37,154 nt of DNA. Source: a virus (taxonomy: Duplodnaviria; Caudoviricetes). Positions within the stretch are counted from its first letter, which is position 1; every line of letters begins with the position of its first letter. The stretch is taken from IMG/VR virus record IMGVR_UViG_3300027772_000071, positions 1-37,154 of that record, one strand, 5' to 3'. Positions 26,518 through 35,841 of the stretch are shown in pieces. The position numbers were made by a program, and so were the translations under genes. The notes beneath the pieces were generated by a model. That model did no database searches. It was given only the letters and a program-made list of their open reading frames with translations, and was not told the DNA's origin.

Positions 26518-27235
26518 GTGGACACCTTGTAATTTTTTTATCTTTTAATTCTTCATATCGTTCTTTAAGAGGCCTAAACGCATTTTCTTGTCTAATAGAA
26601 TTGCATAATTTAATTTCAGACCACGGAGTGCTGGCTGGAACTAATTTAATCAGTTGATCTGTGTTAAATTTAAAATAGGCAACAGCATCGCCTTTGTTAA
26701 TAACTATCTTTTCTTGATTCGATTTAACTTCGAATACTATTTCAACAGGCCTAGTCCATTTTCCTATATCAAACTCGCCTGGGATCACAGTTGCTGACTT
26801 TGAGAATTCCGTGTGATGCATAAATGCAGGTAATACCTGTAGCAATAATGAATCGTTGCAAGTGAATATGTTGAGCCAATCTATGCCAATAAGCGGATAC
26901 GGATTTGTTTGATTATCGTAATCTTCTAAGAATCTAGTATCGATTAAATTATCAAACACTGCTTGACTTAAATTTTCACTTAGTATTGATCTGTTAGCAT
27001 CAGTAATATTAATATCTAAAGTAACATCAAACGGTGCTAGAAATACAAACGTATTTTTCAAAAAATCAGTATGTGCAGGGCATTTTAAAAACGTTGAACC
27101 TTTTCTAGTTGTTGCTATTTCTTTAGATAAGTGCTCATACGGATGTACTGCGACATCAACTAATGGTCTAATACAGCTTAAATGATCAGTGTCCCATTCG
27201 TGACTAGTAATAAAAGACCAATTGACTAGTTTCAT
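26501..27235 (-). CDS. Conserved phage hypothetical protein (KCPA motif; possibly DUF6065 or dUTPase-like fold)
   Basis: 244 aa with KCPA...F.....PFD, PG..DIGKW.RP and I.KGD.....F. Overlaps both neighbouring halogenase genes. The fold guess is from memory only. Confidence 0.6.
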   Translation of the reverse strand: MKLVNWSFITSHEWDTDHLSCIRPLVDVAVHPYEHLSKEIATTRKGSTFLKCPAHTDFLKNTFVFLAPFDVTLDINITDANRSILSENLSQAVFDNLIDTRFLEDYDNQTNPYPLIGIDWLNIFTCNDSLLLQVLPAFMHHTEFSKSATVIPGEFDIGKWTRPVEIVFEVKSNQEKIVINKGDAVAYFKFNTDQLIKLVPASTPWSEIKLCNSIRQENAFRPLKERYEELKDKKITRCPHESKD

Positions 27236-28701
27236 AGTTTGTTTAATTCGGTAATTCGATCAACTTCAGCACTATGCGGTCTACCCCAAATATGTCGATG
27301 CTTTTCGTGCTCAATGTAATTTTTTACTAATAATTCTCCCGACGCTTCTGGTGGTATGGGGATATTCCTAGAAGCCAGTTTATATCCTAACTGAATTAGC
27401 ATCAAACTCCAGTTAGATCCGCCAAACATATAATTATACTTGCCGGCATTAGGAACAGCAATACTAGGATTGATTAACTCATTAACAAAGTGATTCATCC
27501 GAGCTGATGGCGCAAACTTATCTTTAACATAATCCCAAAATTTACTAGATCTTGAATTATTTGCATAATGCATACTTACAAAATCCACACAGTCTTCAAA
27601 CAGAATTTTCATTTGTAAATTAAAATTTGTTCTATCAATATCACTAAATCGTCTTTCATAGATCGCACTGTTTAGTTGTCCAATGGCATAGGTGATCAAG
27701 CCAATGCCTGTGCTTTCTAATGGTTCGATAAATCCAGCACTTAACCCAACAGTTACTACATTACCAGCCCACTGATCTTCATTATAAAATGGATCCCAAT
27801 GTATGACCCTAACATTTTCTTTGTTGATTCGGTTGTTCCAATGGTTAACAAAATACTCTTTGGCTTCCTCTATGTCAGTGATATGTCGATTAAAAACCAT
27901 ACCGCTACCAATCCTAGAAGCCACTCCTATCTTCCATATCCATCCATGATCAACTGCTTCACACACTGCATAAGGTTTGAATTCGCTTGCTCTATCCTGA
28001 TACTGCACAGGACATGCCACTGCGGTATTAACAAACAGTCGATCGCTTAAATCAATTCGATTGGTTGGTTTTCTTAAAATATTTTGGAAACCTGTACAGT
28101 CAACATACAAGTCACTAACTATACGATCTGTATTTTTTAATTCCAATGACTCGATAATATCGTTATCTTTATAGTGTACCTTTACAACATCGGAACGAAC
28201 AATTTTAATTTTATCTTTTAGCCTGTCTTGTAAAAAAATTACCAACTTATTGCAATCTACATGAAATGCATAATTATCTATCGCATTGGAATCGAGTGAA
28301 TTATGATCCACTGAATTTTCATAACTTGACAATGCATATTTTTTAAAATCAAAGCTCTGATCGCAAGACCAAACATCCCATATATTCGTGGTGTTGAATA
28401 ATTTCCTATTCCCTTTATAAAACGGATGCCATATGTCGTCTTTGGGCTCACGCCAATTAGCAAATAGTATTCCAGACTTGTACCCGGTGTCTATGGGAGT
28501 AAACCAGTCTTCAAGTTTAAATCCGCATTCATCCATAAATGGTTTAAAACTTAGTAGAGTAGCTTCGCCAACTCCAATAGGAGTTCCGACTTCCTTGTCT
28601 ATAACTGTTATCGCTATATCGGGTTGATTCTTATATAGATATGCAGCAGCAAGCCATCCGCTAGTTCCGCCACCTACAATAGTTATACTGGATACATTCA
28701 T
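27232..28701 (-). CDS. Tryptophan halogenase family protein, copy 2
   Basis: Start moved to ATG 28701 (GAGGA RBS). IVGGGTSGW, GVGEAT, GYKSGILF, DCTGF, GWIWKIG and FIEPLESTG. Confidence 0.88.
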   Translation of the reverse strand: MNVSSITIVGGGTSGWLAAAYLYKNQPDIAITVIDKEVGTPIGVGEATLLSFKPFMDECGFKLEDWFTPIDTGYKSGILFANWREPKDDIWHPFYKGNRKLFNTTNIWDVWSCDQSFDFKKYALSSYENSVDHNSLDSNAIDNYAFHVDCNKLVIFLQDRLKDKIKIVRSDVVKVHYKDNDIIESLELKNTDRIVSDLYVDCTGFQNILRKPTNRIDLSDRLFVNTAVACPVQYQDRASEFKPYAVCEAVDHGWIWKIGVASRIGSGMVFNRHITDIEEAKEYFVNHWNNRINKENVRVIHWDPFYNEDQWAGNVVTVGLSAGFIEPLESTGIGLITYAIGQLNSAIYERRFSDIDRTNFNLQMKILFEDCVDFVSMHYANNSRSSKFWDYVKDKFAPSARMNHFVNELINPSIAVPNAGKYNYMFGGSNWSLMLIQLGYKLASRNIPIPPEASGELLVKNYIEHEKHRHIWGRPHSAEVDRITELNKL

Positions 28702-28727
28702 ACTTTTCCTCAATTTACCATACACTG

Positions 28728-28768
28728 TACTTATATTTTTTGAGAAGCCTCTTAGAATTTCATAAATA
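28728..28768. promoter_or_regulatory. Divergent late-promoter-like boxes
   Basis: TATAAGTA on the - strand (28735-28728) upstream of halogenase 2. TAAATA on the + strand (28763-28768), 7 nt before ATG 28776. Confidence 0.5.
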
Positions 28769-28775
28769 TTGCCAC

Positions 28776-29363
28776 ATGATACACATTATCGACAACCTCA
28801 TCTCAACGTCATTCCAAGAAGAAATTAAAAACACATTACTTGGACATAGTTTTCCTTGGTATTTTGCCGAAGATATTACATTTGGAAAATCATTAATTGA
28901 AGCTGAAAATTTAGGACAACCACACCCTGCACATGCACATCTATTTTGCAGAAATAAAAATCCAACAAGTAATTATTTTGATTTAATCATGCCTTTGGCC
29001 CATATCGGATCATCTGAAGTTAATTTTAAATTTAATGAAGTTGTGCAATGCCGAAGTTTTCTACAATACCCATTAAACAACACATTTTTAAAAAAACAAG
29101 TAGATCGTTTACACATAGATTTACCATACGATCATTTGGTCGTACTTTATTACGTAGTTGATTCTGATGGTGATACACTGATAGTGGATAAAACTAGAGA
29201 AGGGAACATTGAAGAGTATCATCATAATATTGAGGATTATAACATAATTCAACGAGTCAAACCAAAACGAGGCAGGGCAGTGATATTTGACGGTAAGTAT
29301 TATCATACAGCAGAGCAACCAACACAAAATATGCGTTGCATTATTAATTTTAACATTATATAA
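28776..29363 (+). CDS. 2OG-Fe(II) oxygenase, HxD type
   Basis: Start moved to ATG 28776 (MIHIIDN). FPWY, HID, LYYV.DSDGDT, YYH and R.IINFN give the HxD...H triad and the 2OG-binding Arg. Confidence 0.82.
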   Translation: MIHIIDNLISTSFQEEIKNTLLGHSFPWYFAEDITFGKSLIEAENLGQPHPAHAHLFCRNKNPTSNYFDLIMPLAHIGSSEVNFKFNEVVQCRSFLQYPLNNTFLKKQVDRLHIDLPYDHLVVLYYVVDSDGDTLIVDKTREGNIEEYHHNIEDYNIIQRVKPKRGRAVIFDGKYYHTAEQPTQNMRCIINFNII

Positions 29364-29971
29364 TGAATAATAAAATTCATGTAATAGATAACTTTTTGCC
29401 AGATCTTGAATTTGAAAAATTACAAGAACATATTCTATCGGTTAATTTTCCTTGGTTTTATTGCGAACATGTGTCTTTACCGCCCGAGGAAAACGAAATC
29501 GTAGATCCGCTGGCCGTCGAAACTGATGGTTTCCATCACATCTTTTATGACAAAGAATACGATGTTGAAAGTTTTGCTGCCGAGTATTTGAATGATTTTT
29601 TTAAAAGATTACAAGAAAATCTAGGATTTACAAAAGATCATTTTATTAGGATTAGGTCCAGCATGAAAAGTCCTAAACTTGAGTTTACTTCAGAAAATTA
29701 TAATCTACCGCACGTTGATTATTTTTTCCCTCATGAAACAATGATATATTATCTTAATGACTCTGACGGAGATACTCGTATTTTTGATCAAGAGTTTACA
29801 CAAACTAAAGATAGTTGGGACAAAGAACCGGAAAAGTTTACAACCAAATGCAGGATCACACCTAAGGCAAACAGACTGGTATGGATCAGTGGATTTAGAT
29901 ATCATACTGCTAGCAATCCTATAGAATCAAAAAGAAGAATTATCATCAATATTAATTTATTACCATTATGA
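29363..29971 (+). CDS. 2OG-Fe(II) oxygenase, HxD type
   Basis: FPWF, PHVD, IYYLNDSDGDT, YHTA and RRIIININ. Paralog of 28776 and 35197. Confidence 0.82.
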   Translation: MNNKIHVIDNFLPDLEFEKLQEHILSVNFPWFYCEHVSLPPEENEIVDPLAVETDGFHHIFYDKEYDVESFAAEYLNDFFKRLQENLGFTKDHFIRIRSSMKSPKLEFTSENYNLPHVDYFFPHETMIYYLNDSDGDTRIFDQEFTQTKDSWDKEPEKFTTKCRITPKANRLVWISGFRYHTASNPIESKRRIIININLLPL

Positions 29972-30582
29972 GATTAGATCACTTATTTCCTATTCCGATA
30001 GTTAGAATAACAGTTGACCCTGCAATAGTCGAGTCTACTACAGCTCTAGTTGATCAGTATATCGAATCTGAAAAACTATTAGAAGCGGAACAACCGAATC
30101 AAGAATTAGTAACAACTTTTTACAATCATAAAGATTTTTTAGGAAAACTCGATGACAAAACACTTTTGAATTACATAAATTCAAAAGCAAGAGAATTTTT
30201 AAATCTTCGAGGATTTAATCCCAAGTGTTATTTAGAAATTACTTCTTGGCTACAACTATACCCAACAGGAACTCATTTTAACAAGCACGATCATTACGGT
30301 GCAATAATCAGCGGTGTGTTATATTTAAAAGCACCAAAAGATTGTGGAAATATAAGATTTTATAATCCTATCATAGGAAGGCGAGCAACTGATGTGTTTT
30401 TTGAAAACATAAAAATAACATCGAACGAATATAATTATCATTACGCTGAGTACACACCAATAGAAGGAGAAATGATCATGTTTGAATCTTGGCTTGAACA
30501 TTCAGTTGATATGAATTTATCACCTGAAAATAGAATTGCTGTTTCGTTTAATATTTGGGGAGATAAAGATGTCCCAAGTTGA
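29968..30582 (+). CDS. 2OG-Fe(II) oxygenase, HxH type (TIGR02466-like)
   Basis: LFP.PI, HDH, ISGVLYL, FESWLEHSV and RIAVSFN. Confidence 0.82.
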   Translation: MRLDHLFPIPIVRITVDPAIVESTTALVDQYIESEKLLEAEQPNQELVTTFYNHKDFLGKLDDKTLLNYINSKAREFLNLRGFNPKCYLEITSWLQLYPTGTHFNKHDHYGAIISGVLYLKAPKDCGNIRFYNPIIGRRATDVFFENIKITSNEYNYHYAEYTPIEGEMIMFESWLEHSVDMNLSPENRIAVSFNIWGDKDVPS

Positions 30583-31150
30583 GATGTGGTTTCCTGTCGC
30601 AATATATAAAGAAGATAATTTAATATCAGTAGAAGAAAATGACGAGTTAGTGAAATACTCGTTGAGTCTTAGAGATAAAATTCCTTCTGGAGGAGAAGAT
30701 TGGTACGGAGATACCTACAATACTCACGGAACATACGACCTGCAAAAAGATATAAAATTTAGACCGTTATTAAATTTGATATCAATGCATGTGAATAGCT
30801 TTGCTAAAATGCATAATTCCAACGGAACCTATGGAATTAGTTATGCATGGCTAAACATAAACAATACAAATACCTATCAAGAATTACACACTCACAATGC
30901 TGCTATTTTTAGTTGTTCGTATTATCTATTAGCTCCGGAGGGTTCTGGAGGCATCGTATTCGAAGATCCAAAAGAACCTGATATGTTCCCATTAAAAGCA
31001 ATCTCAGATAAAAATCAATTGAGTTTTACAAGAATAAAATATCCTGCAACTGAACGAACCTTGATAGCATTCAGATCTTATCTAAGACACATGGTTCAAC
31101 CTGGAACTAATATTGAACCTAGAATTTCAATTGCCGTTAATTTTATCTAA
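30569..31150 (+). CDS. 2OG-Fe(II) oxygenase, HxH type (TIGR02466-like)
   Basis: Start moved to ATG 30569 (GGGGAG RBS). AWLN, HTH, FSCSYY, F.SYLRHMV and RISIAVN. Confidence 0.82.
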   Translation: MSQVEMWFPVAIYKEDNLISVEENDELVKYSLSLRDKIPSGGEDWYGDTYNTHGTYDLQKDIKFRPLLNLISMHVNSFAKMHNSNGTYGISYAWLNINNTNTYQELHTHNAAIFSCSYYLLAPEGSGGIVFEDPKEPDMFPLKAISDKNQLSFTRIKYPATERTLIAFRSYLRHMVQPGTNIEPRISIAVNFI

Positions 31151-31152
31151 GT

Positions 31153-31794
31153 TTATCTGTTATATTTTATATTTGGATTAATTTTTTCTAGTACAAACAT
31201 ATACCCCAGGCAGTTTTCAAAATTAGCATCAGTTATAAAAGGTACCTCTTTTGCCAATACTATTTTAAAAAAGTTAGAAGAGTAGTATTCTATTTCTCCT
31301 AAAAATATCGGCGGCGGCATACATGACTCTATAATAGGCTGACACGGACTGCCTGTTATAATAATTAGTTTTCCGTTGTCAGTCAATAATGCATTTAATT
31401 TTTCAAAAATTTCTTGTAATCTATTTTTATAGTTGTGTAGGAATCCTCTATCATAAATTACATCAAATTTTTTGTCTGTGCTATCTTGAAAAAAATCTAC
31501 TGCTATAAAATTTACTTTAGAATTTACATGTATTTTTTTTGATAATTCTATCACATCCTCTGAAACATCGATGGCGGTAACATCGAATCCGTGATCAGCA
31601 AGATATACGCTATCGTATCCGCTTCCAGACCCTAATTCTAAAAGTTCTCCGGTATTTAAATCAATAGAATCTAAAAATTGTTTTAGATTTGGATCAACAG
31701 TTTTAATTTCCCAAGGAATAACATCGCTGTTATTTTTAGAAGCAAATTTTACTTTTCCTCTATAAACATTTTTCCAGTAGGTGTTATCATCCAT
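31153..31794 (-). CDS. Class I SAM-dependent methyltransferase (TPMT or thiol/halide methyltransferase-like)
   Basis: IPWE, LELGSGSG (motif I), VTAIDVS and FDVIYDRGFLH. Confidence 0.85.
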   Translation of the reverse strand: MDDNTYWKNVYRGKVKFASKNNSDVIPWEIKTVDPNLKQFLDSIDLNTGELLELGSGSGYDSVYLADHGFDVTAIDVSEDVIELSKKIHVNSKVNFIAVDFFQDSTDKKFDVIYDRGFLHNYKNRLQEIFEKLNALLTDNGKLIIITGSPCQPIIESCMPPPIFLGEIEYYSSNFFKIVLAKEVPFITDANFENCLGYMFVLEKINPNIKYNR

Positions 31795-31806
31795 AATATT
31801 TTTCCA

Positions 31807-33276
31807 TCAAATTTGTTTGTTTCGAATTGTAGAAATAAATTCTTTATGTCCTATACTCAGATTCATTTTTTCAAAAGTCCTAGTTTCTCGTATAAAATTT
31901 TCAGCAACATTTTTTATATCATGGTGCATCATGTCATACTCTTGTTTTATTTTTTCTTGATCAAATAAATCTAATCCAGCAAGTACCTGAAGATAATGTG
32001 CGTCTCGAAACAAAACATATGCTGTCTGGCTGTTGAAGTCATCTGCAATTGGCAAATTAGTACGCCATTGTTTTAACTTTTCCTTAAGAGAATCTGGAAT
32101 CTCCATCTGAGAAACATCTCTCCAAAACTGTGTATTAGTTTTACTTGTGATATAATGCAGTATTACAAAATCTCGAATATTAATCATAATGTCATTCACA
32201 TCATTATTATATTTTTCAATAGTTTTTTCGGTATAGTTAGGTAATCTATGCATTAATAAAAATGCCTGCTGGATACTAGTTCCTATAGATGTAGCTTCTA
32301 ACGGTTCTATGAAATTAGCACTGAGACCAATAGCACAGCAATTCTTGATCCATACCCGATCCAAATGTCCCGGATCAAAATTAATATGCTTTCCAATTGT
32401 TATTGCTTTACCTAAAAACTTTTCAACTTCTAGCTTTGCCTGATCAGCAGTGATATAATCGCTGTCAAAGATGTATCCGTTACCACACCGACCCCACACA
32501 GGAATATTAAACATCCATCCGTAATCCATGGCCTGTGCAGTAGTCCACATATTGTATTCTTCTTTTTCTTCTGTAGGGAAAACAATTGCAGATTTCATCT
32601 TAAGATATTTTGCGTGAGATTTCCAAGTAGCACCTAATTTAGATATTAGCAACTTTTTAAAACCTGTGCAGTCAATATAAAAATCAGATGTATAAGAATT
32701 TTGTTCTCCGACTAATTTACCGATATCACCTAAATCGTTAAGTTCTATATCTAAGATTTCATCGTCGATGACATCGATACCCCGTATTTCTGCAATCTTT
32801 GTAAGAAAATCATTTAATTTATTAGTATTAAAATGGTATTGATTAAACGGAGAACCGCCATCCGGGTCAAGATGCTTGGCATATACCTTATTCTTCCAAG
32901 TTAAACTGGGATTAAATGTGTGGTTAGGAGAACCGTCGCTTAATAATTTTCCGTAAACTGTGGGGTATTGTCCGTTTTTAATATCGTTTTCAGGACCAAT
33001 ACTGTGCATATAATCTTTCTTACCCCAACCTTTAAACATAATCCCACATTTAAAAGTAGCATCGCAATGACGAATTACTGCTTGGAATGGAATACTAATA
33101 TATTTCATAAATTCATTCCAATGCTCGGTACTGCCCTCTCCAACTCCAATAATCCCTATTTTTTTAGATCTAATTACTTCGACCGTTACATTCGGGAATC
33201 GAGTCTTAAGAATTAGAGCAGATGTAAACCCGGCAGTTCCGCCACCAACTATTGAAATTTTTTCTAATTTATTCAT
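31807..33276 (-). CDS. Tryptophan halogenase family protein, copy 3
   Basis: Start moved to ATG 33276 (MNKLEK). IVGGGTAG, GVGEGS, ATFKCGIMF, DCTGF, GWMFNIPV and FIEPLEATS. Confidence 0.88.
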   Translation of the reverse strand: MNKLEKISIVGGGTAGFTSALILKTRFPNVTVEVIRSKKIGIIGVGEGSTEHWNEFMKYISIPFQAVIRHCDATFKCGIMFKGWGKKDYMHSIGPENDIKNGQYPTVYGKLLSDGSPNHTFNPSLTWKNKVYAKHLDPDGGSPFNQYHFNTNKLNDFLTKIAEIRGIDVIDDEILDIELNDLGDIGKLVGEQNSYTSDFYIDCTGFKKLLISKLGATWKSHAKYLKMKSAIVFPTEEKEEYNMWTTAQAMDYGWMFNIPVWGRCGNGYIFDSDYITADQAKLEVEKFLGKAITIGKHINFDPGHLDRVWIKNCCAIGLSANFIEPLEATSIGTSIQQAFLLMHRLPNYTEKTIEKYNNDVNDIMINIRDFVILHYITSKTNTQFWRDVSQMEIPDSLKEKLKQWRTNLPIADDFNSQTAYVLFRDAHYLQVLAGLDLFDQEKIKQEYDMMHHDIKNVAENFIRETRTFEKMNLSIGHKEFISTIRNKQI

Positions 33277-33919
33277 CTTTATTTTTCTCTGGAATTTGAA
33301 ATTTGTAATTCCCTGACACACTTATGCGATACTTATCAGATGTATAGAAAGGAGCAACTGAGTGATTTAATTCTGCGGGAAATAAGAAAAAATGATTTTC
33401 CATGCTTTTGTCTGCGTCTATGTCTTGACGCCATATTTTTCCTAAACTGTTGATGTAGTAAAATGTAAATTTTCCTGCTAACGGATTTGAAGATTCAGCG
33501 CCTGGGGAGTACATATTTTCATCCCCTATACTATACGGGATTTCTATCCAAATTACAAATGACAACACGCCGCTATGATTATGAAATGGATTGAATTCGT
33601 GCTTCTCTTGAAAGTTGACCCATGCAGAATCTAAAGTTAACAAACAATCCGAAGTTAACATAGATTGTGAACTAAGATATCCAAACGAGTTATCAAACTC
33701 CCAAATGTACGGTTCGAGTATTTTTTTAATATGTTCTTTAGATTTAATTAATTCAAATTCTTTTTTAATATGCCCAACAAGTTTTTTATTATGTTTTTTA
33801 GCTAGATTAAAATTATTTTGAATTTCTAAAATTTCTTCTTTGAGGGGAGCTAACTCTTCGTCAGTGAAGACAGCAGTTATTACACCAATATTGGGAAATT
33901 GTAAAGTTTTTAAATTCAT
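33269..33919 (-). CDS. 2OG-Fe(II) oxygenase, HxH type
   Basis: AWVNFQ, NPFHNHSG, SFVIW, FPAELNHSV and RISVSGN. Confidence 0.82.
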   Translation of the reverse strand: MNLKTLQFPNIGVITAVFTDEELAPLKEEILEIQNNFNLAKKHNKKLVGHIKKEFELIKSKEHIKKILEPYIWEFDNSFGYLSSQSMLTSDCLLTLDSAWVNFQEKHEFNPFHNHSGVLSFVIWIEIPYSIGDENMYSPGAESSNPLAGKFTFYYINSLGKIWRQDIDADKSMENHFFLFPAELNHSVAPFYTSDKYRISVSGNYKFQIPEKNKDE

Positions 33920-34539
33920 ATTGCCTCAATGTTTAAATTGTCTATGGTTGAGTCAGATCCAAACTTTCCAGAAGTAAACGAGTTGAATCCTATAATTCGT
34001 CGATCGGCTGTACTTAGATTTGGACTGACACGATGACTCACCCAGCTTGGAAATATCACTAGCATCCCTGATTTTAAACCCAAAGACCAACTCTTTGAAT
34101 TTAATAGGTTGTATTCTTTTATCGTATAGTCAAATTGAAAATTTTTAGAAAATACCGGTTCAAATAATAATTCTAAATCTCCGCCGTCGACATCGACATA
34201 TAGTACACCAGAAAAAATACTATTCCCGTGAAAATGCTCTGCATGAAAAGTATTTTGAGGATTCCGTGTGGACCAACTGTCAGTTATAAAAAACTTATTT
34301 TCTAGTTTTAAAATATCATGCACGTAATGATCTAATGCTGCTTGAAAGCTAACTTTTAAATCTTTAAATTCTTCTAACTCTAATAGCTGGCGATTTAATG
34401 AAATGAAGTTATTGCCACCTCCACCGGACAGCTTTTCTCCTAAATTTACTAACGTAGTATACTCTATCTCAGACAATTTTTTAAAATCTTCCGAAACAAA
34501 CAGCGGAATACTAGCCAACGGTATTAACAATTCTTTCAT
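33916..34539 (-). CDS. 2OG-Fe(II) oxygenase, HxH type (TIGR02466-like)
   Basis: HFHGNSIFSGVLY, IFPSWVSHRV and RRIIGFN. Confidence 0.82.
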   Translation of the reverse strand: MKELLIPLASIPLFVSEDFKKLSEIEYTTLVNLGEKLSGGGGNNFISLNRQLLELEEFKDLKVSFQAALDHYVHDILKLENKFFITDSWSTRNPQNTFHAEHFHGNSIFSGVLYVDVDGGDLELLFEPVFSKNFQFDYTIKEYNLLNSKSWSLGLKSGMLVIFPSWVSHRVSPNLSTADRRIIGFNSFTSGKFGSDSTIDNLNIEAI

Positions 34540-34565
34540 TTTATATTTTTTATGTTATCACACTC

Positions 34566-34573
34566 TATAAATA
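34566..34573 (+). promoter_or_regulatory. Perfect T4-type late promoter box TATAAATA
   Basis: TATAAATA lies 4 nt upstream of ATG 34578, in the divergent gap. Confidence 0.6.
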
Positions 34574-34577
34574 ATCA

Positions 34578-35195
34578 ATGTTCACTTTAACTGAAAACCT
34601 GCTGTTTGTAACATCATGCTTTATTACTTATATCAACACTACAGACCACAAAGGCATAGTTGATGCTATAGAAAAAATACAATCCACTGATGTTGGCAAT
34701 CAGCGCAGCAACGAAGGCGGATTCCAATCAAAAGTGATTCATTCGCCAAATTTTGATAACTCAGCAACGGCTGATTTATTTGATAATGTCATTTGTCCAG
34801 CAGCTGGCATGGCGGCCAAATCTTGGTCATTACCATGTAAAATGGATCAAGTTGGATATTGGTACAATGTCAATTACAAGTATTCTTCGAATAGAGAACA
34901 TACACATCCTAATGCTTTTTTAAGTGGAGTATACTATATCAAGGTTCCCGAAAACAGCGGAAATATAACATTTTTACGAGCTAATTCAGAGCACGATAAA
35001 ATGGAATTTATACATAACAAGATCTCAGAAGAGAATCTTGAGATCGATAATAACAGAATCAATACCGAGCATTGGTATGCTCCGGTAGAAGGAATGTTAA
35101 TTTTATTTCCAGGCCACTTGTCTCATTATGTACGACAAAATTTAACTAACGAAGTTGATGATAGAAGAATATCACTGTCGTTTAACTTTTACTAA
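34578..35195 (+). CDS. 2OG-Fe(II) oxygenase, HxH type (TIGR02466-like)
   Basis: RSNEGGFQS, HTHPNAFLSGVYY, LFPGHLSHYV and RISLSFN. Confidence 0.85.
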   Translation: MFTLTENLLFVTSCFITYINTTDHKGIVDAIEKIQSTDVGNQRSNEGGFQSKVIHSPNFDNSATADLFDNVICPAAGMAAKSWSLPCKMDQVGYWYNVNYKYSSNREHTHPNAFLSGVYYIKVPENSGNITFLRANSEHDKMEFIHNKISEENLEIDNNRINTEHWYAPVEGMLILFPGHLSHYVRQNLTNEVDDRRISLSFNFY

Positions 35196-35196
35196 T

Positions 35197-35841
35197 TTAT
35201 TCAAAGTCAAAATTAATTACAATTCTAGAACTGTGATTAACTGGATAATTGCCTGCGTGGTATCGATGCCCGTTGAAAAATAATCCTTGCCCTTTCTTTG
35301 GTGTTATTCTTGCCAGTTCTGGCAGTGGCTGTGCAAAGATGGGATTGTACTCTTCTTCTTGAGGATTAAAGATCTTGTCAAATATAATAGTATCTCCGTC
35401 GCTGTCGTCTACGTAATATACCAGAGTACTGTACGGGTGTCCTGTGTTAAAATCAACATGCGGCGCAGCATATTTGAATCCGTCGTGTCCCCGACCTTTG
35501 TGAGTATATCGCAGTCTTATTCTTAAAACATTGTTTACTTTGATATTTGTTTTTTCTGTAAAAAATTCTAATATTGCTCTAAAGAAATCATAATGAGTCG
35601 ATGCCGAGCTTCCGTCAAACGCCATGTGGAAAAATCCAACATCGTCTGTGATGTTAGGATCAAGATATTGCGGTGTTGTTCCTACACCGTAATGATCTGG
35701 ATGACCAATTCTATGCAATAGGAACCAAGGAAAGTGTTGATCTCCTTGGATTCTATTAACTATTGCATTTTGAAAAGACTCGGGTACTACGTTATCAATA
35801 ACTAGTATCTCGTCTTTGATTTTATTAATTCGATAATCCAC
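35197..35841 (-). CDS. 2OG-Fe(II) oxygenase, HxD type
   Basis: GTG start. FPWF, PHVD, VYYVDDSDGDT, YHAG and RIVINFD. Confidence 0.82.
   Translation of the reverse strand: MDYRINKIKDEILVIDNVVPESFQNAIVNRIQGDQHFPWFLLHRIGHPDHYGVGTTPQYLDPNITDDVGFFHMAFDGSSASTHYDFFRAILEFFTEKTNIKVNNVLRIRLRYTHKGRGHDGFKYAAPHVDFNTGHPYSTLVYYVDDSDGDTIIFDKIFNPQEEEYNPIFAQPLPELARITPKKGQGLFFNGHRYHAGNYPVNHSSRIVINFDFE

Noticed and set aside
243-33321. ORF-track start positions 243, 2417, 28725, 28740, 30536 and 33321
   Set aside because: Downstream ATGs (264, 2474, 28701, 28776, 30569, 33276) fit RBS, stop-start overlaps, promoter boxes and paralog N-termini better.
28776-35841. DNA hypermodification (TET/JBP-like) or AlkB repair role for the oxygenases
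   Set aside because: No nucleotide-handling or DNA-modifying neighbours are present, and the motifs fit other small oxygenase families. It is disfavoured rather than excluded.
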